Source of the DNA: Verrucomicrobiota bacterium | GTDB lineage: Bacteria; Verrucomicrobiota; Verrucomicrobiia; Limisphaerales; SIBE01 | Length of the DNA stretch: 56,852 bases | Direction: 5' to 3' | Assembly: GCA_027623095.1 (NCBI GenBank) | Contig: JAQBVM010000002.1 | Span: forward strand, 1 to 56,852 | Shown: positions 1 to 7,838 of the stretch, in pieces | Layout of the letters: each line of letters starts with the position of its first letter | Position numbering within the stretch: the first letter of the stretch is position 1 | The notes under the pieces: generated by a model | The model's input: only the letters and a program-made list of their open reading frames with translations | What the model was told of the DNA's origin: nothing | The model's database searches: none | Program-made: the position numbers and the translations under genes

Positions 1-22
1 CGTTCGGATTTTTCGCCGCAGG

Positions 23-55
23 GTTGAGCAGGGCTCCAGAGACTGTCGCCCCACC
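23..55. repeat. Single arm of a REP/MITE-like repeat family (GTTGAGCAGGGCTCCAGAGACTGTCGCCCCACC). A partner arm, if present, lies upstream of the window.
   Basis: 31 of 33 nt identical to 20296-20328, and matches the reverse complement of the arm at 3472-3500. Intergenic, upstream of the metalloprotease gene. Confidence 0.8.
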
Positions 56-332
56 GTTATGAAAAGTGCCCGATCAACCGATCAGGATGCTGAAAAACCA
101 ATCTCATCGATCTTTCCCAAGATAGAACGATCCTCATTCGGAGCGCCCATTCGCCCTTCCGCGTGAACCGTCCTGTGGACAAGTGTCACGCGCCGCCGTA
201 TAGTCGGCCCAATTTAGCAATTCGGTACTCCGGTGAATCCACACCGTGTGTATTCCGATTTTGGAAGGCAAATCCGGTTGGCAGGAACCGGACCAGCAAA
301 ATGTCAACCAGGCAGATAACGTTTTAAGACTT

Positions 333-3284
333 ATGAGAAATCCTATTGCAAAAGCCATGTGCCTTTTAGCCACCGGTCTCGGGCTGGTTTTGGAACTGGT
401 CGCACAGCCGGCACCACAACCGCAACCCACACCGCCCCCGCCCGCAGCTCCCCCCGCCACGACGCCGCAGCCCCCGGCGCCGAAACCGCAATTCCCACCG
501 TTCACCGAGGTTCTTAAGGATTATTCGGAGGTCATCTCGACGATCGACAACGCCCGAAGTCTGCTCTCGCTTTGGACTCGCACGAACGACAATCAAGTCA
601 TCGCGGCCCTGCCGCCGGGAGTCGAGCAAAAGAAATTCTTCATCGCTTTGACGGTCGCGAGCGGCGAGCGATACGCAGGGCTTCAGGCCGGCGAAGCGTA
701 TGTCTATTGGCGGCGCCAGGGCGATCGCATGCTTCTGATCGAGGAAAACGTCGGAACACGATCCACCGGCGACAACGAATCCAAAGCGTCCGTCAGCCGC
801 TTGTTCACGGACCGTCTCATCGCGGATTTGCCGATTCTCAGCTTGAAACCACAATGGGGACCGATGATTGATCTGGACGCGCTGCTGGTCGGCCAAGCCG
901 AACAGTTCTTTGGCCCGACATTGAGGACGGCGAAGAAGCCCCTGGCTCGAATCGTCACCGCGAAAGCCTTTCCTGGAAACATAGAGCTCGCCTTCGAGAT
1001 CCCGATGGTGAACGGGACATTCAAGACGCTTCACTACTCGATCAGCGAAATCCCGATCAATCCGCGATTCAAGACACGAAAGCCGGACGAGCGGGTCGGC
1101 TTCTTCACGACAAGTTTTCTCGACTTGGGCCAGTACAAAGAAGACGACAGCCGTGCCCGGTATATCAATCGCTGGCACCTCGAAAAAGCGGATGCCTCAC
1201 TGAAGGTCAGTCCGGTGAAAGACCCGATCATTTTCTATATTGAGCACACCACTCCGATCCGCTATCGGCGCTGGGTGCGGGAAGGAATCCTTCTTTGGAA
1301 CAAGGCGTTTGAGAATGTCGGTTTGGCAAACGCCATTGAGGTCTATTACCAAGACGCGGCGACAAAGGCGCACATGGAGAAAGATCCCGAGGATGTTCGA
1401 TACAACTTCGTCCGATGGTTGAACAACAACATCGGCACCGCAATCGGCCCGAGCCGCGTCAACCCGCTGACAGGAGAAATCCTGGATGCGGACATCATTC
1501 TGACAGACGGTTGGATACGGCACTATTGGCGGCAGTTCAACGAAGTATTGCCCGAATTGGCTATGGAAGGCTTCGCTCCGGAGACGCTCGCCTGGTTGAA
1601 GACTTATCCGCAATGGGATCCCCGAGTGCGCCTTGCGCCGGCCGCGTCGCGGGACAGTCTCGTCGCCGAGATTCTCAAGAAAGGACCGCAGGCCTACGGT
1701 GGTCATTCTCTCGCGGCGACGGATCCCGCTTTCATCGGAGTCAACGAATTCGACGGTTTAATTGGACGAACGAGCCAGGTGAATGGATTTTGCCGAGCGG
1801 CGGATTTCAAAGCTCTCGATATGGCCATGATGCGTTTTTCTATGGATCTTTTGAGCACTGAATTTGGGGCGGACGCTGACGAAACCGGGAAAGGCGATGC
1901 AAAGGATGACAAAGATAAGAAGAAGGAACCTGAGAAGAAAGAAGAGATGCTGGACGGCGTGCCGGAATGGTTTGTGGGCCCGCTGATTGCCGAATTGGTC
2001 GCTCATGAAGTCGGGCACACGCTGGGCCTCCGCCACAATTTCAAGGCCTCAAGCATTTACTCTCTCGAGAAGATCAATAGCGATGAGGTCAAAGGGAAAA
2101 AGGCGCTCGCCGGTTCTGTCATGGATTATCTACCAGTGAACATGTTCCGAATCAAAAAGGACGACCCACAGGGTGACTATGCCATGACCAATATCGGGCC
2201 TTACGACATGTGGGCGATCGAATACGGCTACACGCTAAGTGATAAACCGGAGGACATGAAGAAGATCCTATCGAGGGTGTCCGAACCCGAGTTGCAGTAT
2301 GCCACTGATGAGGACACGTACGGGCCGGATCCATTTGCCCGGCGCTACGATTTCGCGGCCGATCCGCTCGCGTACGCAAACCGGCAAATGGAACTTGCGA
2401 AGTTCCATCGCGGGCGGATTCTGGACAAGTTTGTGAAAGACGGACAAAGCTGGTCGCGCGCGCGTTACGGCTACGAAATGACACTCGCCGTGCAAACCCG
2501 CGCCGTCAGCATGATGGCGAACTGGGTGGGGGGCGCGTTTGTGAACCGCGACAAAAAGGGCGATCCCAACGGCAGAATACCGCTCCAAGTTGTTCCCGCC
2601 AAAGATCAGCGCGAAGCCTTTCAGTTCGTTTGCGCCAACACATTCCAGGACGACGCTTACGGTCTGACACCGGAGCTTCTCCAACACTTCACTACGGACA
2701 AATGGCTGGACGAATTCTCGCAGGCAATGCAGGACTCAACGTGGCCGGTCCATGATCGAATCATGGGAATCCAAGCCTCGGTCCTGACCATGCTCATGAA
2801 TCCCACGACTCTGGGCCGGGTTTACGATAATGAGTTTCTGGCGCCCGCCGACCTGGACATGGTGACTCTTCCAGAGATCTTCGACAGTATTCACAAGGCG
2901 GTTTGGAACGAAGTTCTTAACCCAGGGGAACGAGATTTCACGTCCCGCAAACCGATGATCTCCAGTCTCAAACGGAACCTTCAGCGGGAGCATCTGGACC
3001 GGCTGATCCATCTGAGTGTTCCCAATACGTGGCGAAGCGCGTCGCATAAGCCTGTCTCGAATCTGGCTCTCAATCAGCTTCGCCGTCTAAAATTGCAGGT
3101 TGGAACCGTGCTGGAAGAACAGAAAGGAAAACTCGACTCCTATAGTGAAGCGCACTTGGCGGAAGCAAAGCTCCGGATCGAAAAGGCGCTCGACGTGAGT
3201 TACGTCTATAATACCGCGCCGTCTTCGAGCTCTGGAACCGTCATTATTATCCAGGGGTCCGAAAGCCCTTCCAGCGAACCGTAA
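333..3284 (+). CDS. Secreted zinc-dependent metalloprotease (zincin; architecture recalls the DUF5117/DUF4953 family)
   Basis: Long ORF. ATG at 333 gives a signal-like N-terminus MRNPIAKAMCLLATGLGLVLELVA, followed by a Pro-rich linker. HEVGHTLGLRHNF zincin motif (HExxH at 2004-2018). The family name is from memory and was not searched. Confidence 0.85.
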   Translation: MRNPIAKAMCLLATGLGLVLELVAQPAPQPQPTPPPPAAPPATTPQPPAPKPQFPPFTEVLKDYSEVISTIDNARSLLSLWTRTNDNQVIAALPPGVEQKKFFIALTVASGERYAGLQAGEAYVYWRRQGDRMLLIEENVGTRSTGDNESKASVSRLFTDRLIADLPILSLKPQWGPMIDLDALLVGQAEQFFGPTLRTAKKPLARIVTAKAFPGNIELAFEIPMVNGTFKTLHYSISEIPINPRFKTRKPDERVGFFTTSFLDLGQYKEDDSRARYINRWHLEKADASLKVSPVKDPIIFYIEHTTPIRYRRWVREGILLWNKAFENVGLANAIEVYYQDAATKAHMEKDPEDVRYNFVRWLNNNIGTAIGPSRVNPLTGEILDADIILTDGWIRHYWRQFNEVLPELAMEGFAPETLAWLKTYPQWDPRVRLAPAASRDSLVAEILKKGPQAYGGHSLAATDPAFIGVNEFDGLIGRTSQVNGFCRAADFKALDMAMMRFSMDLLSTEFGADADETGKGDAKDDKDKKKEPEKKEEMLDGVPEWFVGPLIAELVAHEVGHTLGLRHNFKASSIYSLEKINSDEVKGKKALAGSVMDYLPVNMFRIKKDDPQGDYAMTNIGPYDMWAIEYGYTLSDKPEDMKKILSRVSEPELQYATDEDTYGPDPFARRYDFAADPLAYANRQMELAKFHRGRILDKFVKDGQSWSRARYGYEMTLAVQTRAVSMMANWVGGAFVNRDKKGDPNGRIPLQVVPAKDQREAFQFVCANTFQDDAYGLTPELLQHFTTDKWLDEFSQAMQDSTWPVHDRIMGIQASVLTMLMNPTTLGRVYDNEFLAPADLDMVTLPEIFDSIHKAVWNEVLNPGERDFTSRKPMISSLKRNLQREHLDRLIHLSVPNTWRSASHKPVSNLALNQLRRLKLQVGTVLEEQKGKLDSYSEAHLAEAKLRIEKALDVSYVYNTAPSSSSGTVIIIQGSESPSSEP

Positions 3285-3307
3285 CCGTTGAGATCGAATC
3301 GGGATCG

Positions 3308-3330
3308 CTGCGGCTTGAGACAAGCCGCGG
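3308..3330 (+). terminator. Possible hairpin terminator after the metalloprotease gene
   Basis: GCGGCTTG-AGA-CAAGCCGC (3310-3328), extendable by a G.U and a C-G pair, 25 nt after the stop. No clear U-tract. Confidence 0.35.
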
Positions 3331-3471
3331 TCCGATTGCACGGTGCAACTCCGCCAGCAACTCGGAGATGCACCGGCTCCGAACCCGCAACGTGGGGATG
3401 CGGTTCACGACGTTCCAGGGCTGCATCCGAATGGGGACAGACATGGAAAGAGACCGTTCTTCCGTAATCTC

Positions 3472-3549
3472 GGTGGGGCGACACTCTGTGGAGCCCTGAC
3501 TTTGTTTGAGCGCATGAGGAAGGTCAGCTCCACAGAGTGTCGCCCCACC
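3472..3549. repeat. Complete inverted pair of the REP/MITE-like repeat (78-bp hairpin-forming element)
   Basis: GGTGGGGCGACACTCTGTGGAG(CC)CTGAC at 3472-3500 faces GTCAGCTCCACAGAGTGTCGCCCCACC at 3523-3549. This gives 27 paired positions with a 2-nt bulge and a 22-nt loop. Intergenic. Confidence 0.9.
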
Positions 3550-3679
3550 CAAAATGGGTTCATGGCTCCGATTCGTGCCTGTCCTCATTTGGAATATGCG
3601 CCCCTGCATTCATTCTGCGCTTCTTTTTTTCTGGAATAGAAACCCGATTTGATTATCCTACACCCACCAAGTCCCTTTT

Positions 3680-4249
3680 ATGAGAATTAGAAGATTCATC
3701 CCGCTCGCTCTATCTGTGGCAGGACTGCTGGTGTTTTCGAACAGCGTTCAAGCGCAAGATTCAAAATTGGCCGGTCTAGCCGTTGGCACAAAGGCTCCGG
3801 ACTTCACATTGAAAGACCAAGCCGGCAAAGAGCACACGCTCAGCTCCCTCCTTAACCGGGGGAAGGTCGCATTGGTGTTTTATCGATCCGCGGATTGGTG
3901 ACCATTCTGCCGAACGCAGTTAGTTGAACTGCAATCAAATTTGAAAGGGATTGAGGCGGATGGGACTACTTTGGTCGGGATTAGCTATGACTCCACTGAA
4001 ACCCTCAAACGCGCCGCAGCAAAGCATCAAATCACCTACCCTCTCCTTTCCGATACCGGGAGCAAGACAATCGACGGCTACGGAATTCGGAACAAAGAAG
4101 CCGCCGGAGGCCGCATCGACGGTGTACCCTATCCGATGACCTTCGTGCTTGATCAAAAGGGAATGATCCGAGCCAAACTCGGGCATGATGGTTACCGGGA
4201 GAGGCACCCAAGCGCAGAACTGATCAAGGCTCTCAAAGAGATTCATTAA
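3680..4249 (+). CDS. Exported AhpC/TSA-redoxin family thiol peroxidase/oxidoreductase with in-frame TGA (3899-3901) read as selenocysteine (U-P-F-C active site)
   Basis: ORFs 3680-3901 and 3941-4249 are in the same frame, and 3902-4249 is open. Read-through gives KVALVFYRSADW-[TGA]-PFCRTQLVELQSNLKGIEADGTTLVGISYDS, which is the FYR..W-C-P-x-C redoxin motif with TGA at the first Cys. Signal peptide MRIRRFIPLALSVAGLLVFSNSVQA. SECIS-like hairpin downstream. Confidence 0.7.
3916..3932 (+). promoter_or_regulatory. SECIS-like stem-loop downstream of the in-frame TGA
   Basis: GCAGTT-AGTTG-AACTGC is a perfect 6-bp stem starting 14 nt after the TGA. The apical loop contains GU and lies 20-24 nt after the TGA, within the spacing known for bacterial SECIS elements. 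Confidence 0.5.
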
Positions 4250-4255
4250 TTCCAT

Positions 4256-5020
4256 ATGCGATTGCCGCGACCCGGTGAACCTCGCCGGCAGTTCGTAAAG
4301 CGATTCTTGCTGCTGGCAGCCTACTCAAGGGTGTTGACAGCCGATTGGAACGGGACGCTTCTTGCTGAAATTAAACCGCCCAAACGCCCGACATTCGGGA
4401 TGATGCGTCTGCGGCTAAGTGATTTCCCTGCGCTGCAAAATGATTTTGGCTCAGTTCGAATCGGCACAAGCGCGCTGACCGCAAACAATCCGTTGGGCCT
4501 TCTGTATCCGATTCTGATCAACCGCGCGACCCAAGGCCAATTCTACGCGCTCCTTTCAGAGTGCACGCACGCGGGCTGTGCTGTCCGGCCTTATAGCAAA
4601 GAATCCGGCGCCTGCGTCTGCCCGTGTCACGGGTCCAGATACGCGATCGACGGACGCAGAACCGCGGGACCGGCTTTCTTTCCGCTTCTCCAGTATCCGA
4701 TCCAATTCGACGGTATCAACACTCTGTCCATCGAACTGCCCGATCTGCCTCATGAAATTGAAGGATCCTTGGTGAGAACCCTCCCCGGCGCGGAGTTCAG
4801 ACTCCAACTAAGATTTCTGGCGTTTGCCCATCTCGAATATGAAGTCGTGTTCAGAGCGTCGAAGACCGATGATTGGCGGAACGTTCAATTCTCTTTGACC
4901 CCGGAAGCGCCGCTGAATCGCTCCTTTGTCAGCGGCGCTGACGATTATCTCAACCTCTACGTCGAACCGGCGGCGGGGCTTGGATTCTTCGCCGTCACGA
5001 TCCGCATCCTTCCGGTGTGA
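4256..5020 (+). CDS. Tat-exported Rieske [2Fe-2S] domain protein with a roughly 100-aa C-terminal extension
   Basis: Twin-arginine-like N-terminus PRRQFVKRFLLLAA. Rieske ligand motifs CTHAGC and CPCHGS. Starts 6 nt after the redoxin stop. Confidence 0.85.
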   Translation: MRLPRPGEPRRQFVKRFLLLAAYSRVLTADWNGTLLAEIKPPKRPTFGMMRLRLSDFPALQNDFGSVRIGTSALTANNPLGLLYPILINRATQGQFYALLSECTHAGCAVRPYSKESGACVCPCHGSRYAIDGRRTAGPAFFPLLQYPIQFDGINTLSIELPDLPHEIEGSLVRTLPGAEFRLQLRFLAFAHLEYEVVFRASKTDDWRNVQFSLTPEAPLNRSFVSGADDYLNLYVEPAAGLGFFAVTIRILPV

Positions 5021-5439
5021 TGCGACAATCTCTACACGACTTAAAGGTAAACACGCGCGGACGCGGATTTTACGAATTGACCGGCGAAATCCAGTCGCTT
5101 GTTTCCGAATCGGGAATCCAATCGGGTCTCGCCACCGTCCATGTCCTTCACACATCCGCATCCTTGCTGATTCAAGAGAACGCGGATCCGGAGGTTCGGC
5201 GCGACTTGGAGCGCTTCTTTTCACGGCTGGTTCCAGACGGAGACAGATTATTTCGCCATACAGCGGAGGGCGAAGATGATATGCCCGCCCATGTCCGGAC
5301 CGCTTTGACAACCGTCAACTTGAGCATTCCGATCGCCGCTGACCGGCTGGTCTTGGGAACGTGGCAGGGGATTTTCCTCTGGGAGCACCGAACGCATCCG
5401 CACACACGCCGAGTCGCTATCCATCTGCTGGGCGAATAA
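5020..5439 (+). CDS. yjbQ: YjbQ/UPF0047 family protein (secondary thiamine-phosphate synthase-like)
   Basis: Family-typical sequence (LKVNTRGRGFYELTGEI, HTSASLLIQENADP, DDMPAHVRTAL, GTWQGIFLWEHR). The ATG at 5020 overlaps the Rieske TGA as TGATG. Confidence 0.8.
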   Translation: MRQSLHDLKVNTRGRGFYELTGEIQSLVSESGIQSGLATVHVLHTSASLLIQENADPEVRRDLERFFSRLVPDGDRLFRHTAEGEDDMPAHVRTALTTVNLSIPIAADRLVLGTWQGIFLWEHRTHPHTRRVAIHLLGE

Positions 5440-5460
5440 TCTGGCCAAAGCGTCGCCAGA
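5440..5460 (+). terminator. Weak hairpin after yjbQ (possible attenuator or terminator)
   Basis: TCTGGC-caaagcgtc-GCCAGA right after the stop, followed by CTGCCAGTTTTG. Confidence 0.25.
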
Positions 5461-5484
5461 CTGCCAGTTTTGCGGCTCCAATCT

Positions 5485-7815
5485 ATGTATGCGCGGACCC
5501 GACACAACCTCACATTCCACCTAACTATTGCAGGTTTCTGGATCGCCCTGGCAATCTCGGTGTCCAGCAAAGCCGAAGCCGCTTCCCACGAGTTCGGATT
5601 TTCCGGGAAAGAAATTTTCCCGGTCGATTACCTGATTTCGCATCTGCGATCCGCTGATCTGGATGGAGACGGCCTTGAGGACTTGATGGTCGTGAACAAT
5701 TTGAGGTCCAAGATCACGTTGCTTTTCAATCAAACTGGCAACACGAATTCCGTCGATTTGCCCGAACTCCGGCAAAAGCGCGAAATCAATGAATTGCCCT
5801 CCGACTCACGTTTCAAGATCGAGTCCATTGCATCCGAGAAACGAATTTCTTCGATTGTTGTAGCGGATTTGAATGGAGACGGGTTGCCCGACTTTGCTTA
5901 TTACGGCGAACCCAAGGAATTGGTTGTTCAATATAACGAAGGCAACCGGGTCTGGAGTTCGCCAAAGCAATGGCCTCTGACCGACGGGCTTCTCAATCCG
6001 AATGCCCTTACAACGGGGGACCTGAACGGAGATCACCGGACCGATCTATTCCTCCTCGCGGAGAATCATATCTACTGGCTGAGGCAAGAACAGGATCATT
6101 CCCTGGCCGAGCCGTCGAGAATTCCTTACTCAGGAACAATTCAAGCGGCCCAGATCCTCGATGTTCAGGGAGACGGACTGGATGATCTGCTACTTGTGAA
6201 TTGGGACAGCCCCAATCCATTTCGATTCCGCCTTCAAGCGCCGAACGGACATTTGGGACCGGAGATTCATTTTCCCCTGCCGCCGATTCGCTCGTACTGG
6301 GCGGAGGATTTAGACGGCGACCGCAGGGCCGAAGTCATCACGATCGCGCAGAAATCAGGGCGGGCGCAAATATCCCATTTCAAAGAGGCGGAGTCCGGTT
6401 CGGAGTTGGGTGGGTGGAAACACGAACGATTCGACCTGTTCGCTCTAAATCGAACCACAAAGACCGAACGAGGGATTGTCTTCGCGGATATTAACCGCGA
6501 CGGGCTCACCGACCTGCTCGTGGCGGAACCTGAGAACGGCCAGCTTTCCGCGTACCTGCAGTTGCCGAACGGTTCACTGGATTCACCGCAAACCTTCCCC
6601 ACTCTGAGCGGCGTGAGCGAACTGAGGGTCGCCGATTGGGACCTTGACGGGCATCCGGACATCTTCCTGCTCAGCCTGGATGAACGGCAGATCGGAGTAA
6701 CCCGATACGAATCGACAGGGCGAATCCCATTTCCAAAACTCCTGTCTGTTGCGGGCCACCCCCTTCGCATGGACGTGGGAATCATTCACCCAGGAGAACC
6801 GCCGGTAGTCACCGTCGTCGCGGATGAGGAGGGAAAGCGCTCTCTGCAAATTCTTCGGTTCAACGGTGAGAATCGAAAACAAGCGTTAAGCGATCGATTT
6901 AGATCGAATCCCAAGTCCGTGTTGATATCGGACCTGAACCAAGACGGACGGAACGACCTGGTTATTCTCATTCCTTACGAAAAGGTAAAGGTTCTCATGC
7001 AGGTATCCGACGGAACGTTTGAAGAACAAGATATTGCCCCTCCCGGAGGAAATACCGACCTGCCGTGGATCAGCCAAGCCGACGTGAATGGAGACGGCAA
7101 GAATGAACTGCTTCTGGCGCAACGGAATTTCATTCGCGCAGTTACGGTTGAATCGTCTGCCACCGGAGAACAACAAAACAAATGGGGGTTCACAGTCGTG
7201 GACCAGATCAATGGAGTCGCGGGCAACTCCCAAATACAGGCGGGCGCGACGCTCGCAGTCGCCGGAAACAAAACCGGCTCTCTTTTTCTGTTGGACACAG
7301 AACGAAAGTTATTAACGATTTGCACTCGGGACAGCTCCGGGGTCTGGCAAGTGACGCGGAATCTTCCATTGCCGGTGAGCGACTTCACAAGTCTCCAGGC
7401 AATCGGATTCGGAGGCCGCGAACAGAACAGTCTCGCGCTGATCGGTGTGAACGCGATTGGCCGCATCACCTTTCAAGGAGGCCGCTGGGACTTCTCCGAG
7501 CTGGATGGTTACGAATCCCCTATCAAGAACGCGTATCTCCACGATGTGATTTCGGGAGACCTGAACAACGATGGACGCAAGGATCTTGTTTTCCTCGAAA
7601 CGGGCAAGAACTACCTGGATATCGTGACCTACGAATCACCGCACAAACTTGTTCCCTCAAACCGGTGGCAAGTCTTTGAGGAACGAACTTTTCGAAACCG
7701 CGGAATTGCTTCAGCCGAACCTCGGGAGGCTTTGATCGCAGACTTCAATAACGACAAAAAGAACGATTTGGTAGTGCTCGTTCACGACCGGATTATCCTC
7801 TATCCGCAAGAGTGA
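5485..7815 (+). CDS. Secreted FG-GAP/VCBS repeat (integrin-alpha-like beta-propeller) protein
   Basis: Signal peptide MYARTRHNLTFHLTIAGFWIALAISVSSKAEA. Many DxDGDGxxD / DLNGDG Ca-binding repeats (DLDGDGLEDL, DLNGDGLPDF, DLNGDHRTDL, DVNGDGKNEL, DLNNDGRKDL). Confidence 0.85.
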   Translation: MYARTRHNLTFHLTIAGFWIALAISVSSKAEAASHEFGFSGKEIFPVDYLISHLRSADLDGDGLEDLMVVNNLRSKITLLFNQTGNTNSVDLPELRQKREINELPSDSRFKIESIASEKRISSIVVADLNGDGLPDFAYYGEPKELVVQYNEGNRVWSSPKQWPLTDGLLNPNALTTGDLNGDHRTDLFLLAENHIYWLRQEQDHSLAEPSRIPYSGTIQAAQILDVQGDGLDDLLLVNWDSPNPFRFRLQAPNGHLGPEIHFPLPPIRSYWAEDLDGDRRAEVITIAQKSGRAQISHFKEAESGSELGGWKHERFDLFALNRTTKTERGIVFADINRDGLTDLLVAEPENGQLSAYLQLPNGSLDSPQTFPTLSGVSELRVADWDLDGHPDIFLLSLDERQIGVTRYESTGRIPFPKLLSVAGHPLRMDVGIIHPGEPPVVTVVADEEGKRSLQILRFNGENRKQALSDRFRSNPKSVLISDLNQDGRNDLVILIPYEKVKVLMQVSDGTFEEQDIAPPGGNTDLPWISQADVNGDGKNELLLAQRNFIRAVTVESSATGEQQNKWGFTVVDQINGVAGNSQIQAGATLAVAGNKTGSLFLLDTERKLLTICTRDSSGVWQVTRNLPLPVSDFTSLQAIGFGGREQNSLALIGVNAIGRITFQGGRWDFSELDGYESPIKNAYLHDVISGDLNNDGRKDLVFLETGKNYLDIVTYESPHKLVPSNRWQVFEERTFRNRGIASAEPREALIADFNNDKKNDLVVLVHDRIILYPQE

Positions 7816-7838
7816 ACAGTAACGCGGAAAAGCAATCC

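Noticed and set aside
366-1178. Long antisense ORFs inside confident genes (also 10626-11279, 24994-25599, 36484-37149, 40339-40920, 46671-47309 and 54660-55169)
   Set aside because: Each lies wholly within and opposite to a CDS with strong family motifs. Their compositions are Arg/Ser/Gly-rich, typical of GC-rich antisense frames.
3472-3549. CRISPR array?
   Set aside because: The repeats are inverted rather than direct. There are only two per locus, with no regular spacer periodicity and no cas genes.
3343-3639. 98-aa ORF (and antisense ORFs 3206-3484 and 3247-3609) in the metalloprotease/redoxin gap
   Set aside because: They are built across the palindromic repeat, and the same peptide fragments recur wherever the repeat occurs. 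They are artefacts of the repeat, not genes.
3899-3901. Could the in-frame TGA reflect a reassigned genetic code (TGA read as Trp or Gly)?
   Set aside because: TGA terminates several well-defined genes here at the expected protein ends (Rieske at 5018-5020, batC at 22405-22407, E1-alpha at 40965-40967, phoH at 44636-44638). The standard code therefore applies and any recoding must be site-specific.
7816-7838. Missing terminators at very short convergent junctions (7815/7839 and 19233/19243)
   Set aside because: The observation is real, but gaps of 23 and 9 bp simply leave no room for a hairpin. Termination may occur inside the opposing genes, and no specific claim can be made.
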